Assembly: GCA_964016885.1 (NCBI GenBank)
Contig: OZ024743.1
Location: 16,554,001-16,618,000, forward strand
Direction of reading: 5' to 3'
DNA length: 64,000 bases
From: Eledone cirrhosa
Taxonomy: Eukaryota
The notes under the pieces: model-generated
Databases searched by the model: none
The model's input: the letters and a program-made list of their open reading frames with translations, nothing else
What the model was told of the DNA's origin: nothing
Made by a program: the position numbers and the translations under genes
Shown here: piece after piece, positions 28,175 through 41,080 of the stretch
Layout of the letters: each line of letters begins with the position of its first letter
Numbering within the stretch: position 1 is the first letter of the stretch

Positions 28175-30020
28175 TTAGACTTACCTATGACACTGACTAC
28201 CTAGACAGCCATGACCTTAGCCCTTTCTGCCCCAGTAGACCCATAAACGGTAGACCACCCACCGTAATCTCAATGTTAAAAAGGACTCTGAAGGGAAGGT
28301 GGACTGAGTGGACCAAAATAATACGGACCCACCAAAACAATGATCTGGTAAGAAAACTGTTCGCACATACAATAGAGGCTAGTATTAAAACTACCCTAAA
28401 GGGCCATATATTCAAATTCAACGAGAATATCTACACCCAAAATGAGGGAGCAGCCATTGGCGTCAGCATAACTGCTGACATTGCCAAGTTGTTATGGTAT
28501 GCTGAGAAAGGAGACTCAAAGATCTCCTGGATGAGTGCTTCATAGACTTCATCATGTACTCTCGTTATGTAGACAACATTAATATAGTAATAAGGACATC
28601 CCCAAAAGAGGGAACTAACAAGTATGATTTAGCATGTAGGACAATGGAAAGCATCCAGCAGATAGCTAATTCCATACACCAGAATATAACTGTAACTATC
28701 GACTACCCTTCCAAACACCCTAACAATAGACTACCTGTATTAGACACGGAACTCTGGATTAATACTATAGACGAGAGAGTCCGAATTCTCCACTCACACT
28801 ACGCTAAACCCATGGCCTCCAAATATCTGATACTCAAAATCTCAGTAATGTCCAGTAGTACTAAGTTTAATATTCTGATCGCAGACTTGGTACGAGTGAT
28901 GAAGAACGTGTCCCGCATGTGGGACTAAACATAAATGGAAAGACACATCCAACTCTTCATCAACCGCATGCAGTTTTCTGGCTACAACCAAACAGACAGA
29001 ATCAGAGAATACGAAGGAGCTACGGAGAAGTATAAGACCCTCATAAAACTGGACATGAAAGGAATTTGCCCATTATACATAGGCAAATTGGGGAATAGCT
29101 TAGATAGGACTAGACATAAGATAGGGAAAGCCACCTCATGGTACGACAACCAGAGATAGCAGAGTTTCATGTCCGTGGACGCTACCACTGGAAGGAAATT
29201 AGTTAACCAGTGTAGAAAGGCCCTGAGAAAGACCCACCTAAAGATTAAGGTGGTAGAACAGCCAGGAACCACCATAAAATCCCTGATCAGCAAAACATAC
29301 CCTTTTAAGAAACCCACTGTACTACTAGAAAATGTATTGTATGTGACGTAACACCCCGGATAAACTGTAAAACTAGAAACGTAGTCTATAGCATGAGATG
29401 TACAGAGGATACTGGCAGAAACATGACAACAACATACATAGGCGACACAGCTCGTAGCATAGATGAAAGGATAGAGCAACACTGGAGGGAACTAAAAGGA
29501 AGAAAAAAGGGTTCAGTACTATACGAAAACGCCAGACAACAACATGACGGTAACATAGACAACATAGAAATTTAAATAATATCTAAACATAGAAATGACC
29601 CATCAGATAGGCAAATCAGAGGGCCAGTGAAATAGAACTTAGAAAGTCAAAGCTAAACAGAAAATATTAATGGAATAACAACAACACCCAAATAAACAAT
29701 ACTGACCTAAGAGAAATATAAATAAATAAATAAATAAATATATACACAAGCACAATAACAACAAACACATATAAACGCACACTAGTAAACTAAGATAGAA
29801 TACAATAACCAAAGCACAGTCACCCAAACGCGAACACACATCAACACTATATACACAGGCAAACGCATGCGCAGAGAAGAAGACAAAAATAAATAAATAA
29901 ATATATTAATAAACATATTAAATAAAGAGGGAGTAGACATACAATACAACAGCAGGAAACATAATAGCACCACAGACCATGTTGCAGATGTGCAACGAAA
30001 GAACTTTGTTAGACCATATA
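28175..30020 (+). mobile_element. Penelope-like element of a second type (RYVD(D), LPVLD, KPMAS), 5'-truncated and decayed
   Basis: FKFNENIYTQNEGAAIG, YSRYVDN, LPVLDTELW, HYAKPMAS, GIY-YIG-like VVYSMRC...YIGDTARSIDERIEQH. Confidence 0.8.
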
Positions 30021-30496
30021 TATGTGTTTGTGTCTATATTACATCTTTATTTTTGACCGTTGGTCAGTCAATGATAATCATTGAGGACCGAATAATTTAA
30101 CCGATATAAAAGATAAAGAAGGGAAAACCAACCAAACAGTGAGTGTGTTCTGTTATTAATTCTAGCAATATTATTACAACAATATGACTATCCCCAAGTA
30201 TAACAATATTTGTTTCGACACAGGATTTCATATCAAAAACCGTATATATACAGATGCACATATACATACACATACATACACATATACCCACATACACACA
30301 TATAAACACATATACATATATTTATGTATATATAGGGTGAAACTAAAAACCATATCGTTTGTACTGCCTCTCTGTTTTCTGTTCATATAATGAACTATAT
30401 ATATATAAATGCATACACATATATACACATAGACACACACACACATATATATATACATATATAAATATATATACATATATAAATATATATATATAT

Positions 30497-30880
30497 CATC
30501 ATCATCATCATCATCATCAACGTTTAACGTCCGTGTTCCACGCTTGCATGGGTTTGGACGGGGGTAGTCCCACTTGAGGCAAGAGTGATTGTCTTGCTCG
30601 CATAGGACTGTCTGGCAGGTTTTCTACAGTTGGATGCCCTTCCTAACACCAACCACATTTACAGTGTGGGTCTGGGAGGTTTTTACCGTGTTGCCTACAC
30701 GGCCACATTACAGCGTGGACTGTGTGTTTTTTTGTCGTGACACCTACACGATCTCATTTGTTTCGGCCTCGATGGCGCGGCACCAACATAACTTTACGTA
30801 GAACGGGGTGGTGTGGATGGGGTGGGGGTGGTGGTGGTGGGACGGGGTGTATTTTGTTAGAGATGCCTACTGGCTGGAGT
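30497..30880 (-). mobile_element. SINE with RTE-type 3' tail ending in (GAT)n
   Basis: Minus strand: ggtgttaggaagggcatccaactgtagaaa...caagcgtggaacacggacgttaaacgttgatgatg. Homologous to 40563-40840. Confidence 0.7.
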
Positions 30881-30886
30881 AGGTTT

Positions 30887-30957
<71 letters not shown>

Positions 30958-30980
30958 TACATATATATATATATATATTT

Positions 30981-31108
30981 ATAGGAACAAATAAGACCCC
31001 GACGGCTGAGCTCAAGCCGTTTCGACGGCTAATTCTGGACTGAATTCCGTCCAGAATTAGCCGTCGAAACGGCTTGAGCTCAGCCGTCGGGGTCTTATTT
31101 GTTCCTAT
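30981..31108. repeat. 128-bp near-perfect palindrome containing two hammerhead 3' halves
   Basis: Two perfect 60-bp arms around tgaattcc. Each arm contains GAAAC-ggc-ttgagctca-gcc-GTC-ggggtc. Confidence 0.9.
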
Positions 31109-31419
31109 TACCCACTCTACTACCCTAAGTATTGAGTACTTTGGTGCGTTATGGTCCACTTGGTTCCTAACCACATTTCCTTCGTTATATATATTTATAT
31201 ATATATATGTATATATATGTATATATATACACATATAAACACATACATACACATATATACACACATACACCATATATAAATAAAAACACATACACACACA
31301 AATATATATATATATATACATACTTACACATATACACACATATATATATATACACACATATAAACACATATACACATATATACAAACATACACCCATATA
31401 TAAATAAAAACATATACAC

Positions 31420-31462
<43 letters not shown>

Positions 31463-31514
31463 CACACACACATACACATAAAAATATAAAAATATATAAA
31501 CACCTATATATATA

Positions 31515-31742
31515 TAGTAATAATAATAAAATCCAAAGAGGGCATGATAAGGATAAATATATATCAAATATATAAGAACCGTAGAGCAAATATTTATTAA
31601 AATAACAGATTAAAGTGTAAGCAAAGACTCGCTGCTTTCTCCCTTAACGGGATCTTCTGACACTGAGTTTCAGAAGATCCTGTTAAGGATGAAAGCAGCG
31701 ATTCTTTGCTTAAACTTTAATCTGTTATTTTAATAAATATAT
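31515..31742. mobile_element. Fold-back of the PLE terminus family of 52510-56015 (75-bp arms plus tail)
   Basis: Arms 31590-31664 and 31665-31740. Left extension matches 52510-52604. Confidence 0.8.
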
Positions 31743-31792
31743 ATATATATACATACATACAAATACACACACACATATATATATATATATAT

Positions 31793-33239
31793 ATCATAAC
31801 TCATGTCTATAGAATTAATCAGATATTAAAATATATACTATTTCTTCTTCTAATCAGCATAATTAACCATATACATAATCAAATCTAGCAAGCTTTAAGA
31901 ATAAATTTTCTAACGGGGAAATCTCCGACAAATAACTGACCGCAGCTAGTTCGCGTTAACTCCGTTCACCATTTATCAAACATTTCGGCAGCATGCAGAA
32001 TCCGATCAAATACACCGTCAACCGCACGTAATTAGTAGTAAAATTAAACTTAGAAGAAATGCGCACATACCGTGGTTTCTTCCTAGTTTAGGACATCCAA
32101 ATAATATGGATATGCTTTTTTGAGTCAGGAATCTTCAGGAGACAAACTCAGAAATAGACATTTAATTTCTCAGACAGACCGCGCCAAATTTAGATTCAAA
32201 AATGGCCAAGATCGCTATGTGGCTGTGTACCAGCCAGAGAGAAAGCGTGTGATTGGTCGCTTACGGCGGGTAGGCATGCTGCTAGAAAGCGCAGCCATAT
32301 ATCGCCAAATTTAATCTCAACCGAAAGGGAGATTATTAAATATAGAGGTTATCACATACATAAAATTAAATTAAATTAAATCAAGGATACATATATGTGT
32401 TGCAACTGTTCACTTTTAAGCTCAATGAAGAATTAATAAATTAAAATAAAAAAATCAGACCATTATATCATAACTCATGTCTATAGAATTAATCAGATAT
32501 TAAAATATATACTATTTCTTCTTCTAATCAGCATAATTAACCATATACATAATCAAATTTAATAATCTCCCTTTCGGTTGAGATTAAATTTGGCGATATA
32601 TGGCTGCGCTTTCTAGCAGCATGCCTACCCGCCGTAAGCGACCAATCACACGCTTTCTCTCTGGCTGGTACACAGCTACATAGCGATCTTGGCCATTTTT
32701 GAATCTAAATTTGGCGCGGTCTGTCTGAAAAATTAAATGTCTATTTCTGAGTTTGTCTCCTGAAGATTCCTGACTCAAAAAAGCATATCCATATTATTTG
32801 GATGTCCTAAACAAGGAAGAAACCATGGTAGAGATATAATTACGGTATGTGCGCATTTCTTCTAAGTTTAATTTTACTACTAATTACGTGCGGTTGACGG
32901 TGTATTTGATCGGATTCTGCATGCTGCCGAAATGTTTGATAAATGGTGAACGGAGTTAACGCGAACTAGCTGCGGTCAGTTATTTGTCGGGGATTTCCCC
33001 GTTAGAAAATATATTCTTAAAGCTTGCTAGATTTGATTATGTATATGGTTAATTATGCTGATTAGAAGAAGAAATAGTATATATTTTAATATCTGATTAA
33101 TTCTATAGACATGAGTTATGATATAATGGTCTGATTTTTTGATTTTAATTTATTAATTCTTCATTGAGCTTAAAAGTGAACAGTTGCAACACATATATGT
33201 ATCCTTGATTTAATTTAATTTAATTTTATGTATGTGATA

Positions 33240-33244
<5 letters not shown>
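31793..33244. mobile_element. ORF-less hammerhead-bearing element in tandem plus inverted arrangement (~690-bp unit)
   Basis: 31793-32340 is the reverse complement of 32558-33123. 32343-32557 is the reverse complement of the unit's 3' end (33030-33244). Confidence 0.85.
32754..32836 (+). ncRNA. Minimal type-I hammerhead ribozyme, canonical core
   Basis: tgtctc-CTGAAGA-ttcct...aggaa-GAAAC-CATG-GTA-gagata. Palindromic loop III, GUA triplet. Confidence 0.82.
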
Positions 33245-33322
<78 letters not shown>

Positions 33323-33479
33323 TATATATACAGATATACCCCGTCTAACCCATGCTTGCATGGAAGAACGGATGTAAAACGGTGATGATGATGATATATA
33401 GATACATAGAAACATAGATACATACGTACATACAAACATACAAATATATATATATACACAAATACACACAGACATATAT

Positions 33480-34670
33480 ACAGTATTAAGATGAAGTATG
33501 CTCTACCTGCAAAAAGAACAGATAGGTAAGGAGTACCTACATGACCATAGTGCGTATTTTGGGTCGAGAGGGGGTAGGAGTAAGGTGGGAAGGAGGTGGA
33601 GGGGTATTTTGTCGAGCGGGGTTTAATAAAAAGGGAATCTGTTTTAGCTATCTGGCATTAACACTGGCTTAAGATATTTGAAATTTGCAAAGTTTTTGTG
33701 CATGCAATTCGGGCAGTGTTCAGAGAGTCTGTTCAGTAGCGGGCCCTTGGCAAATAATATTTCGTACCTCTCTGAGATACAAAGGCGCAGCATATGTGTC
33801 ATCCCTTTTATGAGCGCGCTTTCTGTAGTGTCTTCCATTTAAGCGTGAAGGGGGGGGGGGTACCTTTTGCGGTCTCAAACATAGGAGGCGAGTGTTGTCT
33901 GATTTGATTTGTCCGATCTTCTGAAATAGTGGGTATGGGCATACCACCGGGTTTTAAAATTATTGGAAGTCATGCCGATGTAAGTATTTTTGTTGTTGCT
34001 ATCATCGGTGCCTGAGATTACATCACATTTGTATACGATGTCATTTGTCAGGCATTTCTTTTCAAGTGGGCAGGCTTCATTATTTAGGCAATTGCACAAG
34101 GCTTCAGTACGGGAATTGGGTTCGGAGTTAGTTGGCTTATTTAATTTTTTAGAATTGAGATTGGCTATATTCCTAGATAGATTAGGTGTAGTGGACTAGG
34201 AGAGTATTATTGTGTTCTTATTGAAGATGGTGTAGTCCCTATGTTGTATGGGGAAGTGTGTGTTCAGCAAACTGAAGAATGTCCTAACTATATGTGTAGA
34301 GACCCCTCTATTGAAGGGGGTTTGTACCAACTAATCTGCCTATGCCTATTCCACCTAGGTAGTTTTCCGATGCTTTCTAGGTAAGTTATCTTTTATTTAA
34401 ATGCGCTGCGGGCGAGGGCGTCATTGTAGTAGGAGGCAGAGGCGTTACATATATCTTCATTGGCCGAGAGGCAAGATATTCTAATTGAGACGCTTTTTAC
34501 TAAGTTATCACTGATGTTTTGGGGGTGGTTAGAATTAACATTAATATATCTAAGGGACTCGTTAGGTTTGTGGTACGGGTAATAGAGAGAAGTATCTAGG
34601 TCGAAGGTGACATCTAAAAAGTTGGCCCTAGTCATATTAGATTATATGGTTATACTAAATCCTAGATTAA
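33480..34670 (-). mobile_element. PLE (YRDD/CNC-CPL type), 3' half
   Basis: NFLDVTFDL...YPYHKPN..YINVNSNHP, CNCLNNEACPLEKKCL..IVYKC...YIGMTSNNFKTRWYAH, LRLCISE. Confidence 0.85.
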
Positions 34671-35179
34671 CTTTGTCACACTTATTCCAGCCTTAAAGAA
34701 TTGGCTTCTGAAGAATTTCCCTTTTCTTTAAACCATTGATCCCCAGGCATCTTGTAGAAGCCTGTCTTACAGGCATTGTTAGTCTAAGTCATGGGTCGGC
34801 AACCTTTTGGAGAGAGAGGGCCAAACAGCTATACAGTGCCATGGAGGAGAGCCATGTTATTAAATATGTAAATATATTTTCTTTTCTGGAGGTTTAAAGC
34901 AAAACGAGGAATTTAATATAATTTTATTTTAACAAGGCCCCTTATTTTACTGCAGGAATAACAACAACAAAAAAAGAAAAAAAAAACTACAAACACATTC
35001 AACAAAAAAAAAGCAAATTCCTTATTTTACTGCAGGAATAACAGAAAAACAACTAGAATCACAATGAACAGAAGAAAGCACAAATTCCTTGCTACAAACA
35101 AAATACAGTCAGAAATGGTAAATAATTTAATGAGACATTTGTTTCTACTTATTGTGCGATAACTTCTCCGCATCAGGTG

Positions 35180-36870
35180 AAATATTTGTCGATGACAGGA
35201 GCAAAACATTCATCCAGGTGGTCGTCACGCACCCTTGTTCTTTAATGACTTTTAGTATATTTCATTTCGGAAAAAGATTGTTCACAAGCATATGTACTTC
35301 CAAATAATGATATCATCAGTTTCGCATTAGTCAAGATGTTTTTATATTTTCCGCTTGGCAATATATATTTCTTATAGAAGTCAGCAGTGGATTCGAACTA
35401 AAATTTAGATTTCAAAGATTCGTCGCACTGTAAGTCAATTAACTCCAACTGATATTCTTCTGCCACTTGCTCCACATCTGTTTCGTAAGGAGTACCAAAT
35501 AACTTAAATAGAGTTCCATATTGCCGGAAGTCAGCAAAGCGAGAGGAAAGGTAGCTTCTCAAATCCTTAATAGAGCTCACAAAGATGTCTGGTATCATAT
35601 CTCTCTTGTGATTTTGGAGACTTGGGAAATGAGAGTAGTTTCCTTCTGAAGTTGTGATTCCCACAGTCGAAGTTTTCTCTCAAAAGCAGTAATTTGACTA
35701 AACATCTCAAATACAACCCTGTTCTGTCCTTGAAGCTCAACATTCAAAGTGTTCATGTGGGTCGTGATGTCCACTAAAAAAGCTAACTTGACAACCCACT
35801 GTGGATCCTGAAAGTAATAATTATCTTGGTCTTTGCTCTCTAAAAACATAGAAATCTCTTCTCTCAATGCATATACTCGTTCTATCAATTTTCCGCGGTT
35901 AAGCTATCGAACATTTGAAAAATATGTAACGTCGCCTTACTCTGCTTCAATTTGTTTTAGAAATGCTTGAAAATGGCGGTGATTTAGTCCTCTTGACAGT
36001 ATAAAATCCACTGTTTTCACGACCACTGCTGTGATGTCCTTAAAATTCAGTGACTTTGCACATAATGCTTCTTGGTGAATAATGCAATGAAGTTTGATTA
36101 GCTTTTTATCAATACCGATGAGGTTTTGGAGCAATGCAACAAACCCCTTTTTCTTTCCAACCATTGCTGGTGCTCCATCTGTGATTACTCCAGAAAGCTT
36201 TGATAAATCCAGATTCATTTCGGTAATCCATTTTATTATGCTTTCCAAAATATCTGCTCCACTGCTAGTGTCCTTCATAGGAGTCAATTGAACAAATTCT
36301 TCCACAATATAAAATGTTGGTGTTACACCCCTCACAAACACTGCAAGTTGACAAGTATCCTTCATATCTGTGGTTTCATCGATAGCAATGGAATAATACT
36401 CCAGATTATTTAAAATGCCCTCCAAGCCACTTTTGACATTTGCTGCCAGCTCTTCATTTCGCCTTGTTACTGTTCTTACCGATAAGCTGATCGCAGAAAA
36501 TAATTCACTTTTTTCTGGAAAAACAACATCTGCTACCTTCAACAATAATTCTTTGAATAAATCTCCATAAGTAAAAGGTTTCATCCTTTCTGCAATTAGT
36601 TTTGACACCTCGTGGCTAGCACGAGTGTTTCGGTGACTTTCTCAACTTTTCTAGTGAAAAGGGATGATTGCTTTTCCAGTAAAACTATTGTAATGATTAT
36701 GACAAGTTTCATAGTGCTGTTTAATATTTGAAACTTTCTTCACGGCAATGGTTTCTTGACAAATTAAACAAACACATTTTCCGAAGTGCTCAATGAAAAA
36801 AAAGCTAAGTGTCCAACCATCGTTAAAAGTTCGGCACCCCAAATCCACTTTTCTTTTCTTAGCTTCCATG
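35180..36870 (-). pseudogene. hAT transposase pseudogene (GTF2IRD2/SPIN-like)
   Basis: BED-type CVCLICQE..KQHYETCH, SIAIDETTD, ITDGAPAMVG, HCIIHQEAL, LAFLVDIT, QLELIDLQCD, FGSTYACEQSFS. Several frameshifts. Confidence 0.9.
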
Positions 36871-37136
36871 GGCTTGTTTTTGTTCAAACAAAAAAAGATT
36901 TATAGAAAGTGATGTGTATGTGTGTTGTTGGTGTATGACCCTCTCAAAGTACAATAATAGATAGAAGAAGTGATTTTATTGAATCACAATATGGGTATAA
37001 AAGCGAGTCATGCGAACCGTAAGGTAGTATACCTTCCAATCGCTGACGAAAATGCATACTTCCAGCCAACATTTGTGTTTGTTGACTGGAACAAAAACAC
37101 ATACATGAAATCACAGGAAACAATAATAAAGGTGAT

Positions 37137-37310
37137 ATAATTGCTTCTACTTTTGGCACAAGGCCAGCAATTACCCAGTGCATTACTGGTACTTTATTTT
37201 ATCGAACCCGTAAGGATGATAAGCAAAGTTAACCTCGACGGGATTTGAACTCAGACCGTAAAGGGACGTAACTATGATGGAAAGCATGGCGTCCGACCCT
37301 CTACCGATTT
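37137..37310 (-). mobile_element. Nin-domain SINE inserted in the hAT element
   Basis: ggtactttattttatcgaacccgtaaggatgataagcaaag...gggatttgaactc. Confidence 0.8.
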
Positions 37311-38529
37311 ACATAATGCTTGGCGGAAAACCCAGAAAAAGGTGGATAAGAGAAAATAATAATAAATGGAAAATATAATAAGGTTACAAAGGTATCTGTA
37401 AATATATACGGTATGAGCAGCGATTTGTGATCGGCATCAGGACGGCACAATCTTGAAGTGAACTACTGTATCAATATTCGATACTAATTAGATAATTAAT
37501 GTCCAGTGTAAGATGGCGGGCCGGACAATATTCACTCGAGGGCCGGATGTGGCCTGCGATCCGGGGGTTGCCGACCCCTTGTCTAAGTGATAAAGTAGGA
37601 TTTGTATTCCAAATTTGATTTTCTTCACAGTATTCTTTCTGCCTTTGTTTATACTATAGCTTTAAAGAATTAGCTTTTAATGAACTCCCTTTTCTTTAAA
37701 TCCTTCAACCAATGACCTCCACCCATCCCAATCACCATCCTCTCCTACCACCAGAAAAGAAAAGATATGAATATCACTATATACTTGTATAGCCAGCTCC
37801 CTGATGATTTCCACGAATGAAAGAGTTCTAGTCCTGCAGAAGCTCTTCTATATTAAAACATGTATACTCTGCTATGTGTTGAGTCCCTTACTTACTGTGG
37901 TTACCTCCGATTCAACCCGGAAAACATACACAAACACACACACCCCCACACACACACAGACACAGACACACAATATTATGTATTTTGCGAAAGGCAGAGA
38001 CTTTCAATAACATCCTGAAGTATACCCTAATAATTACTAATAGCTCTGGGAAAGCAATGAACGACGCCATGAACGACACCGTCTCTAGTTCCAACCGCTA
38101 GTACCTACCGCGTCATGGTATGGTTCATGTCTCTCTTAATATTATTGCTCCTACTTAAGATCGACTTCTAAATCATTTGGGTGTTCCATAAACTACATCA
38201 CGTTTTGTTTCACATGTATCTAGATTATATTTTAACCTGTAATCCATGTTTCATTTATGTTTACCACATTTCTCCCACTCTCTCTCTTTCTCTCTGTGAT
38301 ATTTGAATCTACTATGATTTAGTCTTACTTTATTCATATGTTTATGCTTTTGCATGTCAAATTCAAACTTACAAAGATTACCATTATATATTATATATAT
38401 ACATTATTTGTTTGCTACAATAATCAAATTAAGTTAATTCTACAGTTAAACACACATAGGAATAATAAGGTTGTTACCAGAAGATTGACAAGTCGACCCC
38501 TAAATATTACTAATAGCTCTGGGAAAGCA

Positions 38530-38905
38530 ATGACCGACACCATATCTTTTTAACTTTTATTTTGAAAGTAGGTTTATAATTATCAATTTTCATTGCACAT
38601 TTGTTGCTGTCTCAATGGCCTAGTTGGAAGAATCATAGACGTTGATGATTCTGGTCTGAACTTCTATTCTGGTCGGGAGTAGTTTTCCCGGTAAACCGTT
38701 TCAGTTTTTTCTATTGGTTGCAAAATAAAAACTGAAAAAGTCTATATGTACCTCTTGACCAGGATTGAACCAAAGGCCAGGATCTCCTCCGTTTATAGTA
38801 CATGCCGCTAGGCCACTGAGACAACTACGAAAATCCTATGAGAAAGCATACTTATAAATCTACTTTCAAATTTTCAAAACAAAATGATGTGGTGTCGTTC
38901 ATGTT
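38530..38905. repeat. Old inverted repeat with two tail-to-tail tRNA-like sequences
   Basis: Plus 38608 gtctcaatggcctagttgg. Minus 38823 gtctcagtggcctagcgg...ggttcaatcctgg. Flanks ttgaaagtaggtttataa/ttataaatctactttcaa are also inverted. Confidence 0.55.
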
Positions 38906-39270
38906 TCTCATAATGTTATTACTCCTACTTAAGGTCGACTTCTAAATCATTTGTATGTTCCATAAACTATTTCCGCGTTTTGTTTCTCATCTATCTAGAC
39001 TATATTTTAACCTGTAATCCATGTTTTATTCCTGTTCCACCTCATTTCTCCGCTTTCATATAGAATGGTATCATTTTATTTTGATAATGAATAAATAACA
39101 TTTTCAAAAAATACATATGAGGAAACAACCAAATATATATATATATATATATATACACAACCTTCACATCAACATGATTTGATAAATCTCTTTAATCAAA
39201 TGATAACAAATATTATTTAGTCAATAGTTCTTGTGTATATATAATAATATATATAAATATATATATAAAT

Positions 39271-39525
<255 letters not shown>

Positions 39526-39528
39526 TAT

Positions 39529-40518
39529 ACAGTAACATCTGAATCTTCGCAGATGATTCCAAGCTCCAAAGGGTCCTCAATGAGGTGGGAGACCGGACTT
39601 GCCCTCAGTCAGACCTACTGGCTGTTATCCAATGGGCAGAGATGAATAATATGCTGTTGAATGAGGATAAGTTTGAACTAATACACTTTGGAAAAAGGGA
39701 TGCTCTGAAACGAACATACTCTCTTCCTTCGGGTAAAACTCGGGTGGCTTCCAATAACATCAGAGACCTGGGAGTAATTGTGGACAACAATATAAGCTGG
39801 GCCACTCATATAAACAGCAAAGTTGATATGGCCCGCAGAATGTGTTCCTGGATTCTCAGAACTTTCCAGTCGAGAGATATCCACACTGTTGTCCTTCTCT
39901 TCTCCACTTTTGCCCGACCACACCTTGAATACTGTTGTCCAATGTGGTCACCACACACGAAACAAAGTATCATGAAAGTTGAAGGACCCCAAAGGTCAAT
40001 TACGAAAAAGATAGTTGGCATGACAGGCCTTGACTATTGGGGTCGATTAGAAAAGCTCAAACTTTATTCTCTTCAACGTCGCGGTGGGCGATACATTATC
40101 TGTATGATGTGGAAAATTTTCCATCAGCTTAGCCCAAATGATGTTGGCATCATCTTTAGTGTACCCGCAAGGCTTGGGCCCCGTGCTATCCGCCCAGGAC
40201 AAAAATCCCACTCGCATCACATAACAACAATACGGCACAAGTATTTCACCTCAATTGGTCTTGCACTCTTTAACATTACACCAAAACACATCAAAGCAGA
40301 GACAGACCCCATCAAGTTCAAGAAGTCTTTGGATAAATTCCTTCAAGAAATCCCGGATAAGCCTCCTACATCCGGATATGCCGCCGTAAACAATAACTCT
40401 CTGCTCGAGTGGGCCATGGTGCCCAAACACTGATTTGTAAGACTTCGCCAGGTGGTGCTATTAAGTTAGACATGGCCTGGGCCAATGCTGGCCGAAACCT
40501 ATCAATGTTATCAAAGTT
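39529..40518 (+). mobile_element. CR1/L2-type LINE 3' portion (same family as 26935-28172)
   Basis: ORF 39585-40433 is homologous to 27025-27800, ending LLEWAMVPK. Shared 3' UTR. Confidence 0.88.
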
Positions 40519-40562
40519 ATATATATATATAAAAAAAAAAATATATATATCTATATATATAT

Positions 40563-40840
40563 ATCATCATCATCATCATCATCACCGTTTTACGTCCGTT
40601 CTTCCACGCTAGCATGGGTTAGACGGGTTGTCCTGTTGTGGGCAGTGTCTGGTCGGCTGACCATGCCTTGCTCATACAGGAACTGATCTGGCTTGATTTC
40701 TACAGCTGGATGCCCTTCCTAACACCAACCTCATTTACAGTGAGTGCTGGGTGCTTTTTCGTGGCGCCTACACGTCCACTTTACAGTGTGGGCTGGGTGC
40801 TTTTTTGCCGTGGCACCTCCACGGCCACCTTGCGGTGGAG
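40563..40840 (-). mobile_element. SINE with RTE-type 3' tail
   Basis: Same motifs as 30497-30880; (CAT)n on the + strand. Confidence 0.7.
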
Positions 40841-40848
40841 GGGGGGGG

Positions 40849-40914
<66 letters not shown>

Positions 40915-41080
40915 GTAGGAGGTGAGTTTTATTGTAGTACAATAAAGCAATGCAGATATCGGATAAGAAGCACTCTACAGTTTGTAGGACTGGAGTATAC
41001 ATAATATAAGATCAAAACGGTTGAGCGCTTACTCTCATATTGGATACCTTTTGATGGTCTTTTACCTCTTCTTCTACAAC

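Larger units (their letters stand above)
34790..37580 (-). mobile_element. hAT DNA transposon (Buster/Charlie/SPIN-like)
   Basis: 15-bp TIRs catgggtcggcaacc / ggttgccgacccctt, 8-bp TSD GTCTAAGT (34782-34789, 37581-37588), transposase ORFs inside. Confidence 0.93.

Noticed and set aside
32120-32778. Identical 64-aa ORFs on opposite strands
   Set aside because: A by-product of the inverted repeat, with a non-ATG start and antisense to the HHR strand.
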